A stretch of 64,000 bases of DNA from Cladosporium halotolerans (taxonomy: Eukaryota), in the NCBI RefSeq assembly GCF_011745625.1, contig NW_027191478.1, positions 62,001 to 126,000 of the forward strand. The letters are read 5' to 3'. Positions 36,100 through 47,413 of the stretch are shown piece by piece. The notes beneath the pieces were generated by a model. That model was not told the origin of the DNA. It worked only from the letters and a program-made list of their open reading frames with translations, and made no database searches. The position numbers and the translations under genes were made by a program. Each line of letters begins with the position of its first letter. Positions within the stretch are counted from its first letter, which is position 1.

Positions 36100-39000
36100 A
36101 TGATCACGCGGTTGCAGCCAGCAATGCTGGCGCTGTTCGCCCTATTGGCATGCCTACGCTCAGCTTCCGCCGATGAAACACGATATGTCACGTACCTGAG
36201 CCCAGATGGAGAAACATCATACCTGGCCGACAATCGGCGGCCTGCACTGTACACTGCCAATTTTGGAGACTGCTTGGGAGGCAGCTTGATCAACGTGACG
36301 CGCTTCGATGCGGCTTATTACAAGGACAACATGACCGTGCAATTCCACTTGGCTGGCAACACCAACCTGAACAACGAGGCGTTGATGATGTACATTGGAG
36401 TCTACGCTTATGGCGAAAGTAGATTCGATCTGACTTTCAACCCTTGCGATGCGAATATTGCCAGGTAGGCTTTGATGTTCGATCCTCTAAAACGCGTTTC
36501 CGCTGACGATCCCTAGTCTATGTCCAGTCAACAGCAGTATCCCTATTGCTGCCAACGGTATCATTCCAATCAGTCAGGAGGATGTCGCCAATATCCCGCC
36601 AATCGCACTTTCCATTCCCGACTTCGAGGGCGAGGCTATTCTCCGAATTTTCGCAAACAGCACCGAAAGCGAGATCGGCTGCTACAGCGCGGTAGTAACG
36701 AACGGTGCAACTTTCTCGCAACCAGCAGCTGTAGGCTCGATACTTGGAATTTTCACCTTCGTGGCAATGCTCGCATCGTTCGCCACTGCCATATACGGCG
36801 AGGCCGTACCTACCATGCGACTGCACTACGCACATTCCCTGTCGGTAGGCGTGATATTTGCAGTCTTCCAGCACATCTTCTTTACCGGGGCACTCTCGAT
36901 GAACTGGCCTTCAGTGCTAGTTGCTTTCTGGAGCAATTTTGCTTGGTCTGGAGGCATGATACGCACCGGTACAATGCAACGCAGCATTGACAAGCTGATC
37001 GGCAACAACCTTGGTAACACCTCCTCCGTTGGTGCGGCAGCTTCTGGAACCGCCAATGAGAACCTTGGTGGCGGCTACGACATCAGCCAGATTTACAAGA
37101 GAGGCTTGGGGCATGCGACAAAGCGTGCTTTCGGATTTGCCAAAAACCACCCGGCCATGCGCGACCTCGCCTCGGAGATCTACAAGCGCGACTACTCCTT
37201 GGTGCTCAAGCGGGATGTCGTCCGTAGGAGCGCCGTCAATGCACTGCTACGTCGTCAAGAGGAACTTGCGGATGCAAGCGATGGATTCAAGTGGTACGGT
37301 CACGCAGTTTCGGAAGGCTTGCCTTTGCCTGGAAACTTCTCAGGTTTTGCTGGCACGCTAGGCCAAGAAGAAATTCGCGTCAGCAATGCCTTCATGACAG
37401 GATTCCTCTGGTTTCTGATTCTCTTGGTCCTTGTCGTGGCTGCTACGATGGCCTTCAAGTGGGTTGTCGAAGGCCTGGTCCGTGTGAAGGTGCTCAAGCA
37501 GGATCGCCTGGCTTTCTTCCGACAACACTGGCTTGGGTACAGCGCTAATGTCGCCTTGCGCACATGCTTCCTCGCATGGTTCATGATCATGTTCCTCACG
37601 ATCTTCCAATTCACCTACGACTCTTCTGGTGGAGTGAAAGCCGTGGCGGCTCTTGTTTTCATAATTTTCTTCGTGGGTCTTCCCGCAATTGCCGCCTACG
37701 CCTGCTGGTATAAGATTCAACTCGACAAAGGGCGCAGCGAGCGTATTCAAGGCGAGAGCAGGAAGCTGTTCGGGAAGATACCATGGTTCCCGGCTCGCAA
37801 GGTGCCACAAGGATCTGCGCAACCGGCGGAGCAACAGCATCAGACTGTGGATCCAGACGATAAGACGCAAAGCGAGCCTTTCTGGCAAAGGATGAATTCG
37901 CACTACAGCATTACCACTACGGCTGAGCTCAGGACTAACATCCACGACGATGAAGACTACACCAAGAAGTTTGGCTGGCTCGCGGCGCGCTTCAGGCGGA
38001 CGAGATGGTGGTTTTTCGCGTTCTGGCTCGTCTACGAATTCATCAGGGCTTGCTTCTACGGTGGAGCTTCCGGTCAACCTCTTACACAGGTTTTTGGTCT
38101 TCTCGTTGTTGAAATTTTGGCATTCGCATTCGTGATCTGGGCTCGACCCTTTGAGGGCATGCGGCTGAACATCCTCGTGGTGTACTGCTTGGGATTCAGC
38201 AAGGTTGCGACTGTCGCCCTCAGCGCGGCCTTTGACATCCGCTTCAACCTCGAACGCATCACGACGACGGTCATCGGAATCGTTATCATTGTCATCCAGG
38301 GAATCTTGGTCATCATCACCATGATCGCTATCGTGGTCAGCGTCATCTCAAGCTATATGTCTGTTTCTCGAAACAAGGAAGAGTTCCGCCCTAGGAAATG
38401 GCACGGCATGCGTGAGAAATACTTCAACCACCTGGACACAGTCGTCAATGACGTGCCTCGCGAACCCAAACCAAAGCCCGAGCCCGAGCCCGAACCAGAG
38501 GACAAGGGACCGTACTTCGAAGTGAAAGGAATCCGCAGACTGGGCAAAATCGAGGATGACGACCCAGACCCCGTTAACATCGAGGACTCTCTGACCCGCA
38601 ACCCCAACCAAACCATGACGACCACCCGTGACAACACGGACGCCTCTCTCCCCCTCATGAAAGAAGGCCCCGTCGGCGGAACCGCCTCCCCCGCCCGCCG
38701 CAGCCGCGCCACCAGCGCCGCAAGCACAACCCAAGGCGCCCTCCCCTTCGGCGCCCGCCCGCACCGCCCCTCCTGGAGCCAGCGCGACTTCTCCCTCTAC
38801 TCCCAGCACAACACCACCAATGCCGAAGACGAAACTTCCTTCTCCGCAGTCGACATGTCCCGCTCCCTCCCCGAAGACAACACCACCACGACCGCCACCC
38901 CGCCCCGCTCCCGCGCCCCCTCCCGCGGCCCGCCCCAACTCCGCCTCCAGCCCTCCTCCGAGTCTCTAGGCGTCGGTGCCGCCGTCTCCTCCCGCGACGC

Positions 39001-39241
39001 CATCGGCAAAGTCCCCGCGCCCGCCGTGCGTCCGCGTGCGGGGACGTGGAATTCGCGGCACAGCGCGCGCAACTCGACCAGTGGAGGGGATTTCTTTTTT
39101 GATGCGCCGGAGAGCGGTTCGAGTGCTGCTGCGGCGCCGCTGCACGCTCCGTCAGCTGCGAAAGTGCCGCTTACGCCGGCGCAGGAGGTGGAGGAGTTTG
39201 TGAGGGCTTCGGGGAGCGGGGAGGAGGTGGGGAGGAAGTGA
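36100..39241 (+). CDS. FLC/Pkd2-type TRP-like membrane protein with an N-terminal ML-like domain; 2 exons (36100-36464, 36517-39241)
   Basis: Signal peptide, then LYTANFGDC, RFDAAYY, VYAYGE, AFWSNFAWSGGMI and KFGWLAARFRRTRWWF. Intron 36465-36516 (GTAGGC..CTGAC..TAG) keeps the frame. Confidence 0.9.
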
Positions 39242-39390
39242 GGTTAGGTGATGGCTTTTTTCGCATTCCGCATGATTTCTTTCTTGTCTCTGTTTTGCAT
39301 GTCGGCGCAGATGGTTAGGGTTTTCTGCTCTGCTCACGCTGGGAGGGATGGGGCTGTGATGCCTCTGGACGGAATTTTCCTTTCCTTTGC

Positions 39391-39414
39391 TTTTTTTTTT
39401 TTTTTTTTTTTTTT
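39391..39414. repeat. Poly-T tract (24 nt) downstream of the FLC-like gene
   Basis: Direct observation. Confidence 0.95.
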
Positions 39415-40258
39415 GTTCATTTCTTTTTCTTTTTGGTTTTGTGATGATGACACGAATGACACGACGCGCTTTCCCGGTCGAGTGGTCCGACCGATCGAGG
39501 AAACAGGCACTTTTCTTTCCTTGCAGGGTCTGCGGGTTGTTTCGCTAGACTTGCAACGCGCGATAGATGGTTTTCTTTTTTACATCTCGTTCGCAAGCAA
39601 TGGAAGTGGTCCAGGGGGGGCGATGATCATGTAGAACTGTATCGAAGCGAGGCGTTTGACGAGAGTGGTCGGTTTGATTTTATGTCTACTCTCCTATCCC
39701 TTGCCACGGTATACCAAAGCGCGACCATGCGCTCTCCCATCCCAAGCTCAGCTCTCTACCAGCCACAGCCTTTCGTATTCCATCGACCGTATCCTCCGCG
39801 AGAAGACCGTTCCTTCACGATTTTTGTCAGTCACGCGCGCCCGCACGACGCGAATCGACGTGGACCGTTCACAGCCCGAGTCAGGATCCGCCTTGCAGGA
39901 GGATTTTAGTGCCATTGTCTTGATCCTCCGGTCAAACACGCATGACTACGGACCCACTGGGATTCCTAGTGGCGACTCCGTTGCAACGGAGTCGTCGCAG
40001 GCGCTGGGAAGGGCCCGGTTGTTTTTAGACTCATCGATGGGAGGATTCTCGGCGAGCAGCGATGCGGTGGCGCTGTTGTGCTCGGATGCGTAAGGCTGGA
40101 CTTCTTATAGGTAGGCGTCTTCCGAGATCAAGCAACTCTCACTTTGGCTCTCGCAACTCCATCACGGAAACTAATACGAGCCTGATTTGGCGGAAAAGAC
40201 AAACTTGATACCTGATTCCACAGCCGGGGCTTGACAATCACCAAAACACATAACCAAC

Positions 40259-40714
40259 ATGACAACAGACGAGAAACACCCCGCCGAGGCCACGACCTCC
40301 ACCTCCCCTCTCCTACCCCCCGAAGAAGACAACGACGATGACGAAGAATTCGACGAAGTCTGCCTCTGCCGCTCCGGCCGCGACCAACACGGCCGACGCT
40401 CGATGCTCTACGAGCGCAAAACCACCGGCGCGATCGTGACCCGCACGGAGCTCGACGAAGCGCGCCTCGCGTTCATGCGCGGCACCCCGATGCTGGACTT
40501 CTGCCACCGCATGGACTTGATCTTGGTCGTGTCGCACTGCGAATGGGTGCCGGCGGGGCCGCTGAGGAAGGCTGCGCGGTGGCTGTTCACGCCGTTCGGT
40601 TGGGTGGCCATGATAGGCATTGGGGCTAGGGTGCAGTGGGATTGCTGGAGGTTGTCGAGGATGGGATATCCTAGGCCGGAGGAGGTGGAGGAGGAGGGGA
40701 CCGCTTCGCCTTAG
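40259..40714 (+). CDS. Orphan small protein A (151 aa) with a C-terminal hydrophobic segment; paralog of 41865-42263
   Basis: Good start context (aacATGa) and strong codon bias. Shares FDEV, GRRSM, TGxIVTxTEL, GPLR and WDxWR with the neighbouring ORF. Confidence 0.75.
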   Translation: MTTDEKHPAEATTSTSPLLPPEEDNDDDEEFDEVCLCRSGRDQHGRRSMLYERKTTGAIVTRTELDEARLAFMRGTPMLDFCHRMDLILVVSHCEWVPAGPLRKAARWLFTPFGWVAMIGIGARVQWDCWRLSRMGYPRPEEVEEEGTASP

Positions 40715-41864
40715 CTTGCCGTGGCTGAGGCCGGAGCTTATTGAGAAGCCGTGGAAGGTGATGGAACGGTGCTGTCGAGCGCGCCGTTGTGTATTTCTAC
40801 TGTATCATTAGGGCTGACGAATCCACTCCATGAAGAGCTTGACGCCTCTGGAACTAGTTCTAATTCTCGAAGTCCATATCACGACTTGCTCACAGTCTCC
40901 TTTTTCCGAGTCGTGGATTATGGGAAACCACAAGCCCGCAACTATCTTCTGAGCTTTTCTGCCTCATCTCAAGGCACAGAGCATGCGTGCAAGTTGCTTC
41001 GCTCCACATTCAGCCGTTCGACAGCAATCGTAATGCCATGCCGAAGTCCAATTCGCTATTGTGTCACTGTTGATATGTTCTGGTTGTTACTGTTCCAGAA
41101 TACCCCTTTATTTCTGCTCACTTCAGCGGCTAACCAGACGGGCATGTTTGGATTGCCGCGTGGAACAAAAAGACCATCTTGGGCGTCACTCGAAGGATTC
41201 GTAACGAAACCTGCACGTCAGAAAAGAGCATGTTGACCACGCAGGTTTGCCAGTCCCCTGATAGCCCAAATAGACGTTGCCAGAAAACATCGCATTGATC
41301 AGCTAGGCTGATTTTCCATTTGCGCTTCTTTGTTGCAAGATCGAAACCTTGGGGATACGTAGAGAATGTGATAAGATCAGTTGAGAGTAAGACAGATAGT
41401 CGTTTTGCAATGGAATGAAGACCGAGGTCCTGACCGCCGGAGCGTTTGACATGGATTGATGTCGATTCTCCCACAATCCTAGTCGAAAGAACCTTGCGAC
41501 GACTTTCGCCGGGCAAGACAAGGTGAAGATCCACTGGATGCTAGTGTCGGCTTTTATGGCACGAGCTTGTCGCAGGCTTCTTGCGAGGCCCACTTGTTAT
41601 TAGTATTGCCATTCGCTGATCGTCCTCGCATCCTTCGCGCCAAGTGCGTCTGTGCCGATCGCTTTGAAAGCGTACACATAAATGTCAAGCTAACGGGCAG
41701 GCTTTATGAGCCATCACTTTCGCAGGCAGCAAACTCATTGATCCATTAGTCGTCAGGTCCAGTTCGTCGCGGGCAAATTCCACCTTCGTTTGACGAAGTA
41801 GATATGATCCAACCGTTAATCAAACATGCCTTTACTAACAATCTCTGAAGACACCAAGCAAAAC

Positions 41865-42263
41865 ATGGCATCGTCGAAGGAATCCATTCCCTACGACATG
41901 AGCAATACGAATCAGCTCAACGAAGATGATTTTGATGAGGTTCCGCTTTGGAAAACTGCCCTTGATCCGTACGGGCGCCGCTCGATGGCCTTCCGACGGA
42001 AAAGGACCGGCAAAATCGTGACGGCGACGGAGCTCAACGAAGAGCAGTTTACCGATAGGCCGATCCTGAACTACTTTCGTCGTCAAGACAGAGGCTTGTG
42101 CTGGTCTCTTTGCGAGAGCATCAGACCCGGTCCGCTTCGGATGGCTGTTCAATGGTTGAGCCTGCCGTTGATGTTGGTATGGATTGGTTATAGTCATCTG
42201 ATGCTAAGGTGGGACGCGTGGAGGTATGGAGCCCCACGCTCTCCTCGGAATGTTGCGCAATAG
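41865..42263 (+). CDS. Orphan small protein B (132 aa; alternative ATG at 41826); paralog of 40259-40714
   Basis: aacATGg context, with conserved motifs in the same order as copy A. Confidence 0.7.
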   Translation: MASSKESIPYDMSNTNQLNEDDFDEVPLWKTALDPYGRRSMAFRRKRTGKIVTATELNEEQFTDRPILNYFRRQDRGLCWSLCESIRPGPLRMAVQWLSLPLMLVWIGYSHLMLRWDAWRYGAPRSPRNVAQ

Positions 42264-42566
42264 GTTTAAATTGGCCCGAAGTAACGGAGAGACGAAGGCG
42301 GGATGTTGTAGACAAGCATTCGCGGTCGTCATGAACGCGGTCGTCAGAAACAGGCAATGTAACCTTTCGCTTGAAATGGAGACTTTGCGTTCTCTAAGTC
42401 GCTTGTTTTACGATCGTTCGTGCTGTACGATGCCTTGTACCATCTTTATTTCTGAATCACACGATCCTGGAACGTGCGGTGGGCCTGCGGCGGGAGAAGG
42501 CGCCTTGCCATCCGAGCATTCGCCGGCTCCGGAATGTGCGTGTAGCCCACTCAGGATCCTGACACA

Positions 42567-43229
42567 GTGTACTGTGTGGTTGGTGCACAATTTGAGATCA
42601 TCGAGCAACTCCCAATCAGCTGTATCCTCGAGAACAGCCGGTCCCAATACTTTCCCTCTGGTATGACCATACTGAAGCCCAAAAGCCATGGAGGGCTACT
42701 CAAGCAACGCATTGCGGATCACTTTGTCGAAGAGCCCGGGTTCATGTCCCTCTCATATGAGGGTAGCTCTGGACGCAATCTCAGCACCTTGCGGCAGGGA
42801 CATGGCCGACCATCATAGAGTACGTCTCTCGGGTCTTGGACAAGTTCCGGAGAAGCGACCAATACCAAGATCCGAAAGCTAATTGTCTCGAGTTGCAGAG
42901 GCCAGTTCATGGTATCCGGGTCGCGTATCTGAAGTAATGAGAGAAGGCTCTATAATGAGCTCTTGACCGAGCTACTCGCTTTGGGAAGTTGGATGCATAG
43001 GCCTGAGTATTCTCGACATCCCTGGACTGACGGTGGCGCGGATATACTCACCAATCCGGCCTTTGAGTACGTACTAGAGCGATTATGGGGTATTATAATG
43101 CAATGCTCCAACGACGACGTTGCATATTGAAGCCCTAGCTTGCTGGCATCGTATGTCCGCTCGGTCTGGTTTGGGCAAGAATCTCATCTTCACGAAGTTC
43201 AGTGCCTAGATGGGAAAAGTCTAGACTGA
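42567..43229 (+). pseudogene. Decayed DUF3431-like gene (3' part; 5' boundary not determined)
   Basis: The frame of 42567 reads ..LLKQRIADHFVEEPGFMSLSYEG.. and then, from 42879, LIVSSCRGQFMVSGSRI*SNERRLYNELL...NPAFEYVLERLWGIIMQCSNDDVAY*SPSLL...EVQCLD. This matches the remembered fungal DUF3431 C-terminal pattern. Internal stops lie at 42816, 42930 and 43128. Confidence 0.7.
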
Positions 43230-43988
43230 GGTCGGGAGAATGGTATTCCTGTAGCGCAGAGGGGCTTGAAACCACGTGTATGCTAGGGTGTACGTAGACC
43301 AATTGATAGGAAGAGATCATACTACTTCAGCCGCGAGAAAGCATGGGGAGCAGGGTCATGTGACAAGTCATCACGTGACCATTCATCACATCCCTTCCAA
43401 CTTCCAAGACCGGGACATAATTCCTCCCCCTAACATTCCTGTAATAAATCTGCATTGAAACATTGATGTCTAGAAAGCCAGAAACGATGTGGCGGTCGGC
43501 AAATCTATTCACTTGGGCAAAGTTGTGCCCAAGTGACAAGACATTACAAGGTGTTGCTCTCTACGCTGTTGACGCGCCCGTGTCGCGCTCCCGCAACTGG
43601 AGAGTCAAGATCGACTGGCTATGGTTCTGTGGATAGGAGATATTGCGGATGTTGTGTCGCGGCGCTATCGCAGTCGACAAGCCGCAAAAGAGGGGGCATT
43701 TGGAATAGAGTCCATGCGGTCTCCGACAAGGCGGAGTTGATGCAGCCATGACGTTGCGGATGGCCGATTCCCCGGCTTGAGCTCCCCACCGCCGTCATCA
43801 ATACATCCAATCGCCGTTAACAACATTGCTTCCAAGTGTTCCGGCCGTCCGCGATAAGATACAAGACTGCATCTGCTTTAGTCTGCAGCTCCAAACCCGC
43901 GTTCTAGCTCCCATTCTCCTCTTTCTGCCCCAGCAAGCTGCGTGACCGCCTGCACTACAAGTACCGAGCTGCCTTGACAACCTCCACA

Positions 43989-44756
43989 ATGGCATCTTCT
44001 CTCGTCTCCTCCGCGAGAATCGCTACCCGCTCTGCTCCACTGATCGCAAGGACTGTCGCCAGACCGACCGCCTCGTTCATCACCCAGCAGAGAAACACTT
44101 TCGCTACGACACCCGCAAAGATGGCCGCTCAAGGAACCTCCAGCGGTCAGCCTATCGCGACTCTTGACGTAAGCTCGATCCAACCACACCCATTATTGCG
44201 AGATCAATTCCAGCTCACAATTCCAACTACAGAAATCCGCCTCTTCCAACCTCGCCTCGCAATGCAGCCTCCTCTTCGACGCCAAAAAGGCCAAGAACCT
44301 CTCATTCGAGACCATCGCCAAAGCCATCGGTCGTGAAGAAGTCAGCACCGCCGCCATGTTCTACGGCCACACGCAAGCCAGCGAGGAAGATCTCAAGGGC
44401 CTGTCCAAGGTCCTCGGCATCCCTGAGGAGACTCTCCGCCAAACGGAGCTGCTGAACTTCCCCGACCGTGGCCGCTCGCTGGAGATGCCGCCGCGCGAGC
44501 CGCTCGTCTACAGGCTGTACGAGATCGTGCAGAACTACGGCTACGCGTACAAGAGTGTGATCAACGAGAAGTTCGGCGATGGCATCATGAGTGCGATTTC
44601 GTTCAGCACGAAGGTCGAGAAGGAGACGGATGAGAAGGGCGACTGGGTTAAGATTACTCTGAGGGGCAAGTGGTGCGTATACTCTGATTTTCTAGTGCAC
44701 GTGCAAATGGAGAGAAGGCTAACGTGCTATCTAGGCTCCCGTTCTCCCGCTTCTAG
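43989..44756 (+). CDS. CYN1: Cyanate hydratase (cyanase); 3 exons (43989-44168, 44233-44672, 44735-44756); second in-frame ATG at 44121
   Basis: IATLD|..[52 protein letters not shown] and LRGKW|LPFSRF*. Introns 44169-44232 and 44673-44734 are canonical. Confidence 0.95.
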
Positions 44757-46263
44757 ATGCTGGGAGAAGATGTACATAAATGATAATCGAAATATTGGAA
44801 ACGTTCAGCTGTCCCATACCCTCGTGTCGCCATTACAATGCGAAGAAGGACTGGCATTCAATTCTTGGGAGAATGGCTGGACCCAAGTCCTATCTGTTAT
44901 TGAACGAATAGGCTGCTCCCCAAGCTCTACAGCAGTTGACCATGTCCCTTCGAGACTCTGATCCGCCTGGGTAAAAGTGCGAAGCTGCATCGCCCGGGCC
45001 CATCGCGCAGCTATCAGCAACAACCTTTGGTTGAACGTATTCACTGACTCTTGAGAGACAACTCCCCAATGTCGCCAGGATCTCCAAGGTGAAGGTCCGG
45101 CGGTATGACACTGTGCTGCTCTCTGACTCTACCGCCTCACGACACTATCATTTTCCTTGGAGATGCCACTTTTGCTTCGAGAGCGAAAACTGCGCCTCCG
45201 AGACTGGTACGCAACTGTCAGCGGCGCTCGTTGAGTACAAGCATACGTTCGCCATTGAGAGGCATATTGTGACTTCTCCGAATGCTACAAGCTGTATACG
45301 CCCTTACCTAACCCTCCAGTCTCACGTATCGACTATGGCCCCCTGAGACACTCATCTGGAAATGGCGTCAACAATGAACACAAAGTCGGTGCCGGCACCG
45401 ATCAGACTCCCCAGGCTGATCCTGGGACCGAGAGTGGCATCATCTCCCCAGGGCGACCTTCTCCGCCTCGCTCTGGCCGCGACTACTCTTCGTCGCTTTC
45501 CTTTGACTACCATCTCCCCGGTCACCCCTGTATGTGCTTTCTCCGAAGCGCCTGTGCCACTGTCAGCAGCTCCGGGTGAAGGGGAGTGCATGGTCGCCGT
45601 GGAGAGACGAAGCTATGACGTTCCCGAAGGCTACGCGCACCTCGAAGGGCGGCAATCTCAACAAGGGTCGCAAGGGCGATGCCATTGCCCTTGATTTGAA
45701 GGTGCTGCTGTCTGACACTGCAGTTCCACATTTGGAGTATGATCCTTTGAGACTATTTCTATCGCCACTAACCTGACAGCACGCGTTCTCCGAGGTCTTC
45801 ATGCACCTACCAGCGACACTGTTCAACAATCAGCATATGCCCGCTCAAGAGCAGCTATGCTACGATCTGAGGGTCCCCACACCGCTCTAGGCCCCGAGTG
45901 CTGCTATCTGACCTAATAGTCTCAGGGTTAAAGCGTGTGCCTCTGAGAAGCGAAGGCAGTTTTACTGTCTCTAATCTTGCCTTCTCTGAGGCGTGCATGC
46001 AGCTGTCAGCAGCATCGGTAGGTCAAGATCACATGCTCATCACTGAGAGCCGATTGAAAGATCTGTCACATGTAAAGCCCGTACGAGAGTAACATCAATG
46101 CATCTTGTCCATTCTGCGCATTATCTTCTCCCCTCGACAACAACGACATCTCACTGGGAAAACATCGCAAAGGTAAGACAACACAGTAGATAGCAGCACA
46201 AGGACCAAGGCATTGGCAAGAAACGAAAAGACACACCATTCTTCACCGCAACTAATAACCCAG

Positions 46264-46824
46264 ATGCCGAACCTCCTCAAGCGCAAGAGAAGCGCGCCTA
46301 CTCCCTCGCTCGACGACCAACCGTGGGCAACCGCCCACCTCACCCGGCCCGTCTACGACCTCCATCCCGCCGAGAGCGCAACCATGACCAATTGCTCAAG
46401 CGACAAGATCCCCGTCGAAACCGCTCCCACGCCCGCGCAAACCATGCCCTCACTCGACGCAGACGCTATCACGCCGGCGCCCGAGCCCAGCAGCAGCATC
46501 ACGCGCCCTGCGCCGCCGCGGCACAAGCACACCTTCAGCGAGCTCTTCGACCTCTCCGACATCGCGGCGGGCGACACCGTGCGATCGCCGAGCGGCAATG
46601 TACTGTCCGCGGAGCAGGCCGCGAAGCGCGAAGACAGGCCGAAAGGCATCAAGGAGAGGCAGGAGACGATCAGGAGGAGAGTCAAGGAGAGGAGGGGATC
46701 GTCTTTCGCGTTGGGAAATCGCATTTCGATTATCGGTGATGCGTTTGGGAAGGAGGAGAGGGCTAAGGAGGAGAGGGAGAAGAAGAGGAATTGGTTCGGG
46801 TGGTTGTTTTGCTGTTGGCGGTGA
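46264..46824 (+). CDS. Hypothetical protein (186 aa) ending KKRNWFGWLFCCWR
   Basis: Coding-like bias. A GTAAGA..CTAAT..CAG intron 46173-46263 ends right before the ATG; an upstream in-frame ATG at 46098 is possible. Confidence 0.65.
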   Translation: MPNLLKRKRSAPTPSLDDQPWATAHLTRPVYDLHPAESATMTNCSSDKIPVETAPTPAQTMPSLDADAITPAPEPSSSITRPAPPRHKHTFSELFDLSDIAAGDTVRSPSGNVLSAEQAAKREDRPKGIKERQETIRRRVKERRGSSFALGNRISIIGDAFGKEERAKEEREKKRNWFGWLFCCWR

Positions 46825-47413
46825 TCGTTTCCAGCTGGAAGAGCGTTGGATGACGGATTGAGCGGAATTGGGTACGAGGAAACGGTTAACGGCTCTTGAG
46901 GGAATAAAACTCCAAAGGCATTGGATCGGGAACCAGGAGGATTTGGCGCTCAGCATCGCCTCGCACGAGGGCTGAAAGAACGGAAATATCGATCGATGTG
47001 AGACCGAAGAAATCGTTGGTTATCACGAAAAGCGATTGACAAGGCTCCGTACAGTCGAGACGCTACTCCTGACGAAGCGATACCGCTCTATTGTATCTAT
47101 TGTGCTCAAAACGACAATCCCGTCGTTTGACTGGGGTGGCGAGGGGTGTATTGTCGGCCGCGTGAAGTCTGCTCCTTCCTCTATTGTGAATCACCCGCAC
47201 CTTCCTATTGTCACCAGACCCAGCCACCCGCACCTCAGCGCCTATTGTTAGAATTTGCCACACCACCCTCCCTCACCGTGTCCATGTTCAACCACTTCCT
47301 CTTCTCTGACGAACTCACATCACCAATCCCTCACTTAATCCCTCACCCCGAACACTCACCCCCACACTCACCTGAGCACGCACCTGAGCGCTCACCCGAT
47401 CACTTCAATCACA

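Noticed and set aside
43355..43379. Tandem E-box-like palindromes GTCATGTGAC and TCACGTGA
   Set aside because: They lie about 600 bp from the cyanase ATG and have no supporting evidence.
45333..45890. Patchwork of short ORFs with donor/acceptor-like signals
   Set aside because: Joining them needs an implausibly short intron (about 38 nt) and the product is unrecognisable. It could be a relic but cannot be supported.
43229..46263. Possible cyanase-carbonic anhydrase gene pair
   Set aside because: No carbonic anhydrase motifs were seen on either side of the cyanase gene.
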